DNA from: Nitrospirota bacterium
Lineage (GTDB): Bacteria > Nitrospirota > UBA9217
Length of the DNA stretch: 64,000 nt
Direction: 5' to 3'
Assembly: GCA_963754875.1 (NCBI GenBank)
Contig: CAVWHO010000022.1
Coordinates: 64,001-128,000, forward strand
Of the stretch, positions 10,659-19,343 are shown piece after piece. How positions within the stretch are numbered: the first letter of the stretch is position 1; each line of letters starts with the position of its first letter. Under the pieces are notes generated by a model that did not search any database, was not told where the DNA came from, and saw only the letters and a program-made list of their open reading frames with translations. The translations under genes were made by a program, and so were the position numbers.

Positions 10659-10859
10659 CTACGAAAATACGCCATTTTCGATCCTGCCGAGTACATCCAG
10701 CACTTGTTGAAAACCTTCCGGCGTTTCGATAAGCTTTGCCGGTATTTTATCGCCTAATGCCCGGCATGGAGTATTCAGCCATCTATAAAACCGGTCCTTG
10801 CTCTCAAAAGCATGAATTCCCCTCGTCTCGAGTAGTCGAAGTTGTATCTTCTTGGCCAT
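10659..10859 (-). CDS. Xre/MbcA/ParS-type antitoxin C-terminal (DUF2384-like) domain protein
   Basis: FESKDRFYRWLNTPCRALGDKIPAKLIETPEGFQQVLDVLGRIENGVFS pattern; probable start MAKKIQ. Confidence 0.8.
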   Translation of the reverse strand: MAKKIQLRLLETRGIHAFESKDRFYRWLNTPCRALGDKIPAKLIETPEGFQQVLDVLGRIENGVFS

Positions 10860-10929
10860 GGTGAGGTTGTGCCTTTCAATAAAACGCCGGCTCGGACTAA
10901 AGGAATGCCGAGCTGGCGTTTTTGAGTTC

Positions 10930-11415
10930 TTACATAGCATCTGAACAGCTATTCTTGAAATTACACTTCGCGCACTTGTTCCTCGTCGGCGTCCCCTTCG
11001 GAGGCGTTCTCCTCTTCAGATGCCAGTACATGAGCCCTGAGATACGGTGAACGTCTTTTGTTGCGCCTCGAATTATAGGAGTATCTCTCCGGAATTGGAA
11101 CGTCCGATCATTTCCGTATCGGAGTTCCGCTTCATCGAGCCCCGTGGCGATCATCTGGGCGGTCACCTGTAGGACGTCTGAGTAGCGCGCCTTTTGGCCG
11201 ACGTGAGCGCTTTTGAATTCAAGCAGCCTGTTGCCCTCGACCACATCGGGCCTGGCTGATATTTTCTCCAGCTGGTTTCGGTAAACCCGGCCCCCCCTTC
11301 CGTCGAGATCCTGGCTTTTGACCCACCCTGAGACTCCTGCTTTTTTCCTCTTATTCGCAAGCTTCCTATACATGATGAACGCTACTATTGCCGCAGCAAG
11401 AACCACAATAAACAT
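10930..11415 (-). CDS. Membrane-anchored Cas4-like PD-(D/E)xK nuclease, C-terminal half
   Basis: AGGAGG RBS; N-terminal TM (MFIVVLAAAIVAFIMY); ARPD...LLEFKS...QVTAQ; C-terminal CAKCNFKNSC (CxxCx5C). Confidence 0.8.
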   Translation of the reverse strand: MFIVVLAAAIVAFIMYRKLANKRKKAGVSGWVKSQDLDGRGGRVYRNQLEKISARPDVVEGNRLLEFKSAHVGQKARYSDVLQVTAQMIATGLDEAELRYGNDRTFQFRRDTPIIRGATKDVHRISGLMYWHLKRRTPPKGTPTRNKCAKCNFKNSCSDAM

Positions 11416-11633
11416 ACGAGCCCTCCTATAAGAATTGTTGTTTTGAATTTCAACTGAGCCCTCTGCACTGCCTTGATGCCATAAGACTGATTTTTGTGAA
11501 ACGCTATCCCTTTCCTCGACGCAGCAGAGGAAGTAACTCTCATCTTTCCGGTTTTGATGAAATACCACTGCCTCGGGCAAAAATCATACTGTTTGAACTC
11601 GTTCGAGCCGATGAACGGCTTATTTTTATTCAT
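11385..11633 (-). CDS. Small membrane protein carrying the Cas4 N-terminal motif
   Basis: IGSNEFKQYDFCPRQWYF...GIAFH plus C-terminal TM (TTILIGGLVCLLWFLL). Confidence 0.8.
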   Translation of the reverse strand: MNKNKPFIGSNEFKQYDFCPRQWYFIKTGKMRVTSSAASRKGIAFHKNQSYGIKAVQRAQLKFKTTILIGGLVCLLWFLLRQ

Positions 11634-11907
11634 TGTTAACCCCTTCCTTTAAAGATTTGCCTTGCTCATCTTCTTTCCTTCTTTCTTCATCGTTAATCCT
11701 GTCCAGGTTCCGCTCCGCTCTCTTTCCGGCGCTTACAATGGAAGCAAAAGCGACAATGATGAGAATCGGCCTTACATAGGCGCTCTGCACGGACTCGTGG
11801 AACAGCCCGAAGGCGAATAGCAGCACAAGCAGATACTTGCTCATGTCCATGTAGAATTGAGCCACCATTTTTGTCGTTGTGAGATTCATCTTTGGGGTGT
11901 TATCCAC
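11626..11907 (-). CDS. Hypothetical two-TM membrane protein
   Basis: Two hydrophobic segments; stop overlaps the next start. Confidence 0.7.
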   Translation of the reverse strand: MDNTPKMNLTTTKMVAQFYMDMSKYLLVLLFAFGLFHESVQSAYVRPILIIVAFASIVSAGKRAERNLDRINDEERRKEDEQGKSLKEGVNNE

Positions 11908-11927
11908 TTTTTCTCCTTTGACGGCAG

Positions 11928-12566
11928 TTATTCGCGTCGGATCCCGATATTTTCCTGTTTGGTTCTTTCCGATAAGACTTTCACTCTTTCTTCAAATTCC
12001 TTGCTATAGGTAATACTGCGGTTCTTGATAACGACAACTGCGCGATCCTTGACATAACCGGTAGTCGGCTTTTGTGTCAAACGCCAGCCATCAGACTCCC
12101 AGAGGATATAGATTGCCCCTTCCCTCTTCGAAAGCTCGATCAGGACTTTTCGGTCTCGTTCGATCTCAAGATCTCCGTGCCATATTTTCTCGGCCTTGGA
12201 GTTATAGATGTTCGCGTTGAAGATCGTCGTTGGTTTTTTCATGCTTTTACTCGGGTAAAGCATCCTGCCCTGATAACCGAGAAGTTTAACGGCGGCCTTC
12301 GATATTTTTGTGATATTATAATTGAAACCGCCTTTTTCTCGCCTCATGCCGGCGCCTGTGACGCCCGCCTCCAAAACGTTCATCGCCGTCTGCATCCTGT
12401 TCCGCAACATCTCGTTTTCTTCTGCCAGTTCGTTATTCAGTTTCTTGATCGAAATTCTTTCCAGCCATTCGGCGTATCGTCTCCAGTCTTCCGGCTGCGG
12501 ATCGACTTCAACGTCTGTTTGGGCCTGGAAGCGTTGCCTAAGCATTTCCCTGCTTTCCTTCTTCAT
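11928..12566 (-). CDS. Hypothetical protein (coiled-coil N-terminus, phage-like C-terminal domain)
   Basis: GGAGGTGG RBS before MKKES; 212 aa. Confidence 0.7.
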   Translation of the reverse strand: MKKESREMLRQRFQAQTDVEVDPQPEDWRRYAEWLERISIKKLNNELAEENEMLRNRMQTAMNVLEAGVTGAGMRREKGGFNYNITKISKAAVKLLGYQGRMLYPSKSMKKPTTIFNANIYNSKAEKIWHGDLEIERDRKVLIELSKREGAIYILWESDGWRLTQKPTTGYVKDRAVVVIKNRSITYSKEFEERVKVLSERTKQENIGIRRE

Positions 12567-12796
12567 ACCACCTCCTTTTTTACGGTTTTTCACGCTGCTT
12601 GAGAGGTAATCTCGATTTATCGCTTTTCTTTTTAGTTTTCATCGTGCCCCTGCCCGTTCTTGATGAGCTCAAGCGCCTTGCAATAGTCAACTCCTCCGCC
12701 CAATCCTCTCCGCATCGAAATCGTTTCCCTTATCCACTCGGCCCTCTCCCTGGGACTTTTTTCGATGATCCCGTATATTTCATTCCAGCACTCCGT

Positions 12797-13003
12797 CTAT
12801 CTTAAGCTCGCGCGCCGGTCATACCTGTCAGCCCAGGAAAAAAGCTGTATAAGCGCTAATAGTCCTATGGACGCGACAGCCGCTGCTGCCAGTACCTTGA
12901 CTGTTCTCTTGGTTCTCTTTTTCTTGAGATTTACTTTCTTCATACTACTATCCTCCGCTTTTGCCCAGATTATTTTATACATCCAAGTCTGGTTCCAGAT
13001 CAT
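12797..13003 (-). CDS. Hypothetical single-TM protein
   Basis: Basic stretch then VLAAAAVASIGLLALIQLFSW; ATGA-coupled to the upstream ORF. Confidence 0.55.
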   Translation of the reverse strand: MIWNQTWMYKIIWAKAEDSSMKKVNLKKKRTKRTVKVLAAAAVASIGLLALIQLFSWADRYDRRASLR

Positions 13004-13278
13004 TGTTCTGAATGCCCTTCGTTACTTCTTTCATGCTTATTTGCCCCCATGACCGCCCGGTAAGCACCATCGATCATCTCCCTGCTGATGATATGTTCCG
13101 GTGTGATTGCCTGTTCTACGATTTTGCTTTCGTCCCAGACATAGATCATCCACTCATCGTTGCCCGTTTTCTTGCTGCACTCCCTGAGTAACAGTTCCAT
13201 GAAATCGTGAGCCCCTTCGTTGTCAAGGCTGTTGAACTGCTGATCCAAATAATCGTAATCTTCTTTCCGTATGTACAT
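13000..13278 (-). CDS. Hypothetical acidic protein
   Basis: GAGGAG RBS before MYIRKED. Confidence 0.65.
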   Translation of the reverse strand: MYIRKEDYDYLDQQFNSLDNEGAHDFMELLLRECSKKTGNDEWMIYVWDESKIVEQAITPEHIISREMIDGAYRAVMGANKHERSNEGHSEQ

Positions 13279-13325
13279 CCTGTCTCCTCTCTCGATTCTG
13301 ATTTGCTTAAGCCCCAAGCAGCCGG

Positions 13326-13469
13326 TTATTCTTTGCGGATATGCGGCTTGTTCCGGACCTCTTCAACAACCCATCGTGCAAGCGTTTTCAGGAACGCATC
13401 GGCGTGGTCGGGAATGCCCTCCGAGTCGGGATGAAGGATATCGTTTTCTATGTCTCTCGGCTGCTCCAT
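13326..13469 (-). CDS. 47-aa hypothetical protein, first gene of the leftward operon
   Basis: MEQPRDIENDILHPDSEGIPDHADAFLKTLARWVVEEVRNKPHIRKE, directly after the promoter/operator; below the ORF-track cutoff. Confidence 0.5.
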   Translation of the reverse strand: MEQPRDIENDILHPDSEGIPDHADAFLKTLARWVVEEVRNKPHIRKE

Positions 13470-13517
13470 AATTATCATTGATAATTAAATAATAATAAAT
13501 GGTCATAGAATTGTCAA
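13469..13517 (-). promoter_or_regulatory. Sigma70 promoter (TTGACA-17-TATTAT) followed by palindromic operator AATTATCA-A-TGATAATT
   Basis: -35 at 13517-13512, -10 at 13494-13489, palindrome at 13470-13486. Confidence 0.75.
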
Positions 13518-13562
13518 GTTATTTTTATTGAAGTAGATAATTGATTCTGTTAAGATTGCGGC

Positions 13563-13769
13563 ATGAAGAAGGCAACGTATAGTGTGGTGTTGACGCCGGG
13601 AGTGAAGGAAGCCCTGGAAATTGCGGCACAAAAGGATCGCCGCTCGCTGTCCTCGCTAGTAGAAATAATCGCTATCGATTATTTAGAAAAAGAAGGGATA
13701 CCGTGGGCCGGGAAGGGAAGTTCGCCGGCTAAAGTAGGAAGGCCAAAGAAAACAGCGGCAAAGAAGTAG
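13563..13769 (+). CDS. Ribbon-helix-helix (CopG/Arc-like) regulator, probably leaderless
   Basis: MKKATYSVVLTPGVKEALEIAAQKDRRSLSSLVEIIAIDYL; TTGAAG-17-TAAGAT ends 6 nt before the ATG; no SD. Confidence 0.8.
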   Translation: MKKATYSVVLTPGVKEALEIAAQKDRRSLSSLVEIIAIDYLEKEGIPWAGKGSSPAKVGRPKKTAAKK

Positions 13770-13959
13770 ACAGCGAAAAAACAAGATGATAGCTATTTGA
13801 ACAGTACCTTAGCGGGCAGTGTCAGAAGAAGAGTCATGATGAGATCGAGAATTGCGCCTATCAGGAGCGGTTCTGCTCTGTTCTTGCCATAAGTGGTGCC
13901 TTTTTTAAATCATATTGTTTTATTTCTCGATTATTATGCATAATGGCTGAAATAGTCCT

Positions 13960-15143
13960 TTAAGATATATCAGGTCGAATCAGAATCTCTTGCTCTAAGC
14001 CTTTTTTCAACGAGTGCAAATGTAAAACAAGCTCTACAATTACCGTATCATTAACGGTAGAAATATCCGGGGCTTGATGAAGCTGGGAGTTGTAAAGCGA
14101 TCTTTTCCCGAATCTCTTTATTAAGATATCAACATTATCGGGGACAAACAACCGTGCTCTCCGCCCTAATTTCTTCTCGAATTCATTAAAATAGATAGAT
14201 ATACCTGCAAAATCAAAATCCCCATAGTGAAGATAATCGTTCGAGATATTTTGCAGCCATTTCACTAAGTTGTTAGCGACGACGTTTTCGGGGACGATTT
14301 CGACGATAGCGTCCTCGGTGTCGAAAGCTGGTATCAATGTCTTTGACTTTACCTTAAAAGCCGGATTCTGATTTTTTATTCGATTCTATGCTATATTTCT
14401 TTCACCTTATGACTCGGAGGTCCTATCGGAGAAAGCATCTATTCGGTTTTATCTCCTCTACAACCTGGGATATCAAAGAAATAGAGGCGCGACATTAACA
14501 GTCGCACTCGTTATTCAAGTGCGCCTTTTTTCGAATTTCAGCGGGGACGCCACCGTCAGAATCGTCCCCGTTCCGACCGTCGCCTACATAAGTCGCCATT
14601 TTGCGGATATCGACTCACAAAAAGCGGCGTAATGCCAGAGAACAAATTGCGTTGCATCTCCACATAGCGGAAATTCTCAGGATTCTCGATGCCGACAACG
14701 GTGACATGAGGAGGTGGGATGAAGGCCTCAAAATCATAGATATAAGTAAAAGAACCAGGTCTCGGTTCAATAGTGATAGACTTTCCGTTCAATTTTGCCT
14801 CAATTGAAACATAGCAATTGATCGGAAATCCTTTAAAAGTCCTGACCCTCCTAATCTTTGAATCTGATGCTGCGTCGATGGACTCCGCTCGTGTTACCGT
14901 CTCTTCCCGTAGAAATTTTATATATTTCTCGAGGTCGGAAATCCCAAAGTGGTTCTTAAGATATTGAGTGAACGCGTCCTTGTCCCGCATGAGATAAACG
15001 GCCTTGCCTCGCCCTTGGCGAGTCAGAATCCCATCAACTTCCATGCGTTTTATCATTTCGTTCTTACTCAGACTGCTAAAGGGCAATGTCTGACCTTGAA
15101 AAAGTTCGAGTAGTTTCTGTGCAATGTGAAGTGATATCTTCAT
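13960..15143 (-). pseudogene. jetD: Wadjet JetD/MksG-like Toprim nuclease interrupted by a MITE
   Basis: Removing 14266-14588 restores a 286-aa ORF (...GIENPENF...YPQNGDL|VKWLQ...HYGDFDFAG); last gene of the SMC operon. Confidence 0.85.
14271..14588. mobile_element. 318-bp non-autonomous MITE with TGT...ACA ends and 5-bp TSD
   Basis: TSD TAAGT at 14266-14270 and 14589-14593; imperfect terminal inverted repeats, 35/50 identical. Confidence 0.92.
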
Positions 15144-15147
15144 GCAA

Positions 15148-18100
15148 TCAGTGCTGGGTAATGATTCGCTTTATTTTTGTTATACTTTCAGCATCTTTTT
15201 CGAGTTTATAAATATGCCGATAGGCAAGGGCATCAGTCTCGGTTGGTGAACCATTAATCAGAAGGATGTTACGATCATTAGCGAATTTCAGGATACCTCG
15301 TACATTGCTGGGGTGAAGTCGCCCGATCTCATCCATAACGCAGTGAAGTTTAAAATCTTTGAATTTTCTCGACGCCCCCTCTTTAAAAACATTCAACAGC
15401 ATGATATTGAGCATCGCCTTTACCAGGATATCGGTTCCCTCGGAACCTACGTTCGAAAGCCGTTCGACCCATCCCGTATCATTCTGGTTTTCAATGACCC
15501 TGAACTTCAACTCGAAGGAATCCGAAAGAGAAATTACATCGTGCTTATAATCCGCAAGCTCCTTGACCAGCTGTTTAAGCAGGTCGATAGCCTTTTTGTT
15601 CGTTGTATCCTGATCCAGCTGCCAGGAGAAAAGATTGGCCGCACCCAAAGCAAGCCCCTCTTCTTGGTGAAATTTTGCTATCATTTTCAAGATCAGGACG
15701 ACCCGATTGGCGCTCTCGTCCATCTTCAGCTCGATTTTCTGAATCACCCCGACGAAATTCTTTTCAGTTATATCGCGGTTGATTTTTCCGATAACGTTCT
15801 GGATTTCCCCTTCCCGGGAGCTAATAGCGTCGGTTTCCCGCGCGATCAATTTTATGATATGTGCATACCGCTCATTTACCCTCTTTTCGTACTGGGATAT
15901 CTTGTCGTCTGTGATAAACCGGCTTAATTCTTGTGCAAACCGAAAATACTCTGCGTCCGAGACAAGGTTTGTCTTGAATTGAAAGATATTCTCAGCCGAA
16001 AAACGACCCAGGTACTTATTGATCCCCTCCCTCAGCTCTTTCAATTTTTCATCGATTGAGTAATGAATTTCCTTGATCTTACCTATAAGGTCTTTGCATC
16101 TCGCGCTCGTTGGGAAGTTTGGCTCTTCTTTCAGAAGTTGGCTGATTTTTTCAAACCACTTCCATTGCCTAAAATCCTCGAATTCGCCCAAGTCTTCCTG
16201 AATTTTCTCCAGCCCATCCTGGTTTCTCCTGATTTCCTCGCCGACGGCCCTTGCTTTTTCGTCAAGCGTCTTTTTGATCCGCTGGTATTTTTGCTCCTCT
16301 TGGTCCAGCTGCTGCTCATGAACGCGACGTTGTTGTTTGAATTCATCGATTCGATCAATGAACTCTCTTTTATCTCGACTATAGTTATACACATTCTCTT
16401 GGTTGGTTTCTATATAGCCAAGTTCTTTACCGACATCATCCAGCTTATTCTCTATCTCTTTGATCCTGGTTACGTCGGCGCCCTTTCCCGAAAGCTCAGC
16501 ATGCTTTTGATCAGCGAGATCGCTGCGTCGAGCCTGATGTCCCTTCCGATATTCATTCAACTCATCGTCCAGGCGGGCGAGCGTCTGTCCCTTCCTGACG
16601 GATTCCTCTTCGATTTTGTGGTTCCAGTCCTTCTCAACCGCAACTCGCTGCTTTTTGACTTCTCCTTTTAAACTCTCCACGGATTCTTTTTCTTTGAATT
16701 CAACCTCTGTGGCACTGGTGATTTCGGAGTCGATCTTATCAAGTGCTGCTTTCTTTTCCGCTTCGGCTTTTGCCCGCAGGTCCGTTAAAGCCAGTTCCGC
16801 AATCTTTAATTTCTCTGTTGTTTGTTGCGCATTGTATTCGGTAAGTCTTTGTTGGTCTTGGCTCTCCCTGATTTTCGAGTTATGCCGCTTGTTTAGTTTC
16901 TCTCTGTCGCTGTCATATCCGGCGGATAGTTCGCTGATTGAAGTGCGAATTGACTCGATTTCCGAATTAATCCCGTCTCGCTCCTTTTCATAATCAGCGA
17001 GCGTCCTGACCTTTCGGTTTATTTCCTTAAGATCCAATTCAATCCCATAAAGGAAGGAACGGCCTTCTGAATGAAGTTTGGGAGCGAGGTCGGAATGGAA
17101 AAGAATTTTCTCGTCGCATATCTTTCCGATTGATGTCTCCCATTCCGGGTAATGGTCGCTTAGCCAACCGTAAAATGAATTCTTACCGGCTTTAAGGGTT
17201 AATTCAACGGCGCTTAGCTTGGCGTTCAATTGAGAAATTCTTTCCTCCAGCTTCCCTTTCTGCTGCTCATAGGAATCAGTCAAGCTTTTCAGATCGTATT
17301 CCCATTGCCTGCGCCGAGTCTCCGCTTCTCCTTTCAGGACCTTCAAACTGCTTTCTATGTGAATTAAATTCGCTCTAAGCTCCGCTATAAGACTCTTGGT
17401 CTGTTCCGTTTCCTCTTCATAGAACCGCTCATTGACAAGCCCGGCCTTCTTTTCCCTGAGCTTTTGCACGCCGGCCGCTTGCAGCCTGAGCGCTGCTTCC
17501 GCCTCCCGGAGTCCCGCCTCGTGCTGTTTTTCGATTTGCGCGAGAAGTTGTTCACCTGTTTCCCGAAGCTGCTCTCTTTTCGAAAGAAAATTCGCTTCGG
17601 TTTGATTTCTGCGTTTCCCGATGCTGTTTTCGAATCCGGTAAGCTCGCTGTCGATCAGACGCTCCAATTCCTCGAACTTTTTCGTAATGTCCCTGAAACG
17701 GGTAGTGAGGACTTCTTTCTCCCTGTCCAGAGCATCTTTATCGCGTTTGAGGTCATCCTTGCGCGCCACCCTCCGGATAATCTCCTCGATGTTGATTTCT
17801 CGGTAATGACCGATCTTCTCGTTGGCAGTATCCAGATTATTCTTCAGTATGGTGATTTTTTCCTGAATAGCTTTCTTCTTATTTTCGGCTCGCGTTTCTG
17901 ACTCTATTATTTTCTCGACAATCCCGGTCTTCTTCTCTTCTGCCTGCCGGAGCGCCGCTTCGAGCACGGGCTTTTGCGACTGCGCCTGTTCGACGGCCTT
18001 TCCCAGACACCTGCAAAGGTCCGCCTTTTCTCCCTCCAGGTTCTGTATCAAACCACTCTGAGCGGATATGGTATTTGCGTGGGAGATCGACTGCCTGAAT

Positions 18101-18783
18101 TGTCGGATGTCGGCCAGCTGCTCCTCGAACCCTTTGAGCTCATACTGGTAGGTTTGCAGATCTATTTGCACGTCCACGTCGTTCAAAGAATGGATAATCG
18201 TCTGCTTTATAAACTCCGCTTCCAAGCGGGAGTTCAGAAAGACATTCTGGATCGTGCGGGCGATGCTTTGATATTGACGGCTCTCCAGAAGCGAAAACTT
18301 GCGCAGCTCGCGCTTTCCGTCGTTGTTTCCGTAAATGATGTCGCGGTATTCTTCGAACGTGTCGATCTTCCGCGAGTAATCGAATCCCTGCTGGTCGAAG
18401 GACGATCTGATCTTGTCCCAAGTATCAGAGACCTTTCCGTCTTCAGCAATGAAGTTTCGCTTGTCGAACGGACCGTCTATGAACCGGAAGGCGAGCCTAC
18501 CGAGCGACTTGAAGAGCAGAACACAGAAGGGACCGGATTCCTTGGCAACTTCATATACAATATAGGAATTTGCATACGGAAAATAGTATTCCGAGAAGTG
18601 CTTTTTTTCCTTGGATATACCGAGTTTCTGTGTATCTGCATTGTAGAAAAAAAGGATCGCTCGAAGAATAGTGCTTTTCCCTACCCCCTGAGTGCCGATA
18701 AAATGGATGTTTCCGTCGAGATTAACTTCGGCGAACCGGATAGCGGCGCTGTTGATGAAAGCAATCTTACTGAGGGATCTCAT
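15148..18783 (-). CDS. jetC: SMC-like ATPase (Wadjet JetC / Mks-type)
   Basis: Walker A GTQGVGKST, long coiled coil, signature-like SEGT, Walker B VMDEIG. Confidence 0.88.
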   Translation of the reverse strand: MRSLSKIAFINSAAIRFAEVNLDGNIHFIGTQGVGKSTILRAILFFYNADTQKLGISKEKKHFSEYYFPYANSYIVYEVAKESGPFCVLLFKSLGRLAFRFIDGPFDKRNFIAEDGKVSDTWDKIRSSFDQQGFDYSRKIDTFEEYRDIIYGNNDGKRELRKFSLLESRQYQSIARTIQNVFLNSRLEAEFIKQTIIHSLNDVDVQIDLQTYQYELKGFEEQLADIRQFRQSISHANTISAQSGLIQNLEGEKADLCRCLGKAVEQAQSQKPVLEAALRQAEEKKTGIVEKIIESETRAENKKKAIQEKITILKNNLDTANEKIGHYREINIEEIIRRVARKDDLKRDKDALDREKEVLTTRFRDITKKFEELERLIDSELTGFENSIGKRRNQTEANFLSKREQLRETGEQLLAQIEKQHEAGLREAEAALRLQAAGVQKLREKKAGLVNERFYEEETEQTKSLIAELRANLIHIESSLKVLKGEAETRRRQWEYDLKSLTDSYEQQKGKLEERISQLNAKLSAVELTLKAGKNSFYGWLSDHYPEWETSIGKICDEKILFHSDLAPKLHSEGRSFLYGIELDLKEINRKVRTLADYEKERDGINSEIESIRTSISELSAGYDSDREKLNKRHNSKIRESQDQQRLTEYNAQQTTEKLKIAELALTDLRAKAEAEKKAALDKIDSEITSATEVEFKEKESVESLKGEVKKQRVAVEKDWNHKIEEESVRKGQTLARLDDELNEYRKGHQARRSDLADQKHAELSGKGADVTRIKEIENKLDDVGKELGYIETNQENVYNYSRDKREFIDRIDEFKQQRRVHEQQLDQEEQKYQRIKKTLDEKARAVGEEIRRNQDGLEKIQEDLGEFEDFRQWKWFEKISQLLKEEPNFPTSARCKDLIGKIKEIHYSIDEKLKELREGINKYLGRFSAENIFQFKTNLVSDAEYFRFAQELSRFITDDKISQYEKRVNERYAHIIKLIARETDAISSREGEIQNVIGKINRDITEKNFVGVIQKIELKMDESANRVVLILKMIAKFHQEEGLALGAANLFSWQLDQDTTNKKAIDLLKQLVKELADYKHDVISLSDSFELKFRVIENQNDTGWVERLSNVGSEGTDILVKAMLNIMLLNVFKEGASRKFKDFKLHCVMDEIGRLHPSNVRGILKFANDRNILLINGSPTETDALAYRHIYKLEKDAESITKIKRIITQH

Positions 18784-19339
18784 TGTTGACGTCCTCGGGA
18801 ATATTAATACTCAAAATAAGCTCCTCCAGATAACGAAAAGAGGAAAGCACCTTGTATTGATCAGTCAGTTCGTTCTCCAATTCAAAGAAGCTCTCATTAC
18901 AGACCATCCGGATGATCTTTTTTAAGCTGTCGGCGTAAGTTTCTTCAGATGAATATTTTCTCAACCCTTCGAGCTTGTTCTTGAGCAAAGCATCCACATT
19001 GAGCCGGACAAGGATGTCGGAAGGGGTAAAACGGGATCCGGGTCCGAAAGAGCTTTCGAAGGTCTTGAAGAAATCTACTATATCGATCCACTTATAGGCA
19101 GCCTCGATTTTTCTTTCGAAGTCTACCTTCGATTCCGAACGACTGAAATAAAAGAAATCATCCCCGCGTTCCAGCACAAAATTGATTAAAATGAAATACT
19201 CATAAAACTCGTCGAAGCGGTCGTCGATGACGCTGTACAACTGGCGGATATTTTCCGCGGAGCTGTTCGCGCAGATAAATTGCCCCCTGCTCAGCAACTC
19301 GAAGATCTGGCTCGTCTGCTTCGGCATGTTCATGGTCAT
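18767..19339 (-). CDS. jetB: Wadjet JetB / MksE-like KITE subunit
   Basis: 190 aa, between the putative kleisin and the SMC gene, overlapping jetC. Confidence 0.75.
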   Translation of the reverse strand: MTMNMPKQTSQIFELLSRGQFICANSSAENIRQLYSVIDDRFDEFYEYFILINFVLERGDDFFYFSRSESKVDFERKIEAAYKWIDIVDFFKTFESSFGPGSRFTPSDILVRLNVDALLKNKLEGLRKYSSEETYADSLKKIIRMVCNESFFELENELTDQYKVLSSFRYLEELILSINIPEDVNNEIPQ

Positions 19340-19343
19340 ATCT

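Noticed and set aside
11416..11580. N-terminal extension of the 216-aa ORF call
   Set aside because: It overlaps the real 82-aa gene in another frame; the RBS supports a start at 11415
12635..12799. Possible TAG read-through after the 68-aa ORF
   Set aside because: The frame stays open for about 50 codons, but there is no recoding signal or homology support
9670..13500. CRISPR array or cas operon near the Cas4-like genes
   Set aside because: No regularly spaced repeats and no cas1/cas2 seen
9000..14000. Second att site (duplicated tRNA-Leu 3' end)
   Set aside because: Only 6-7 bp matches were found by eye (TGGTGCC near 13894; inverted CACCATC at 9901), which is chance level. Serine integrases need no long repeat, so the left boundary stays undefined.
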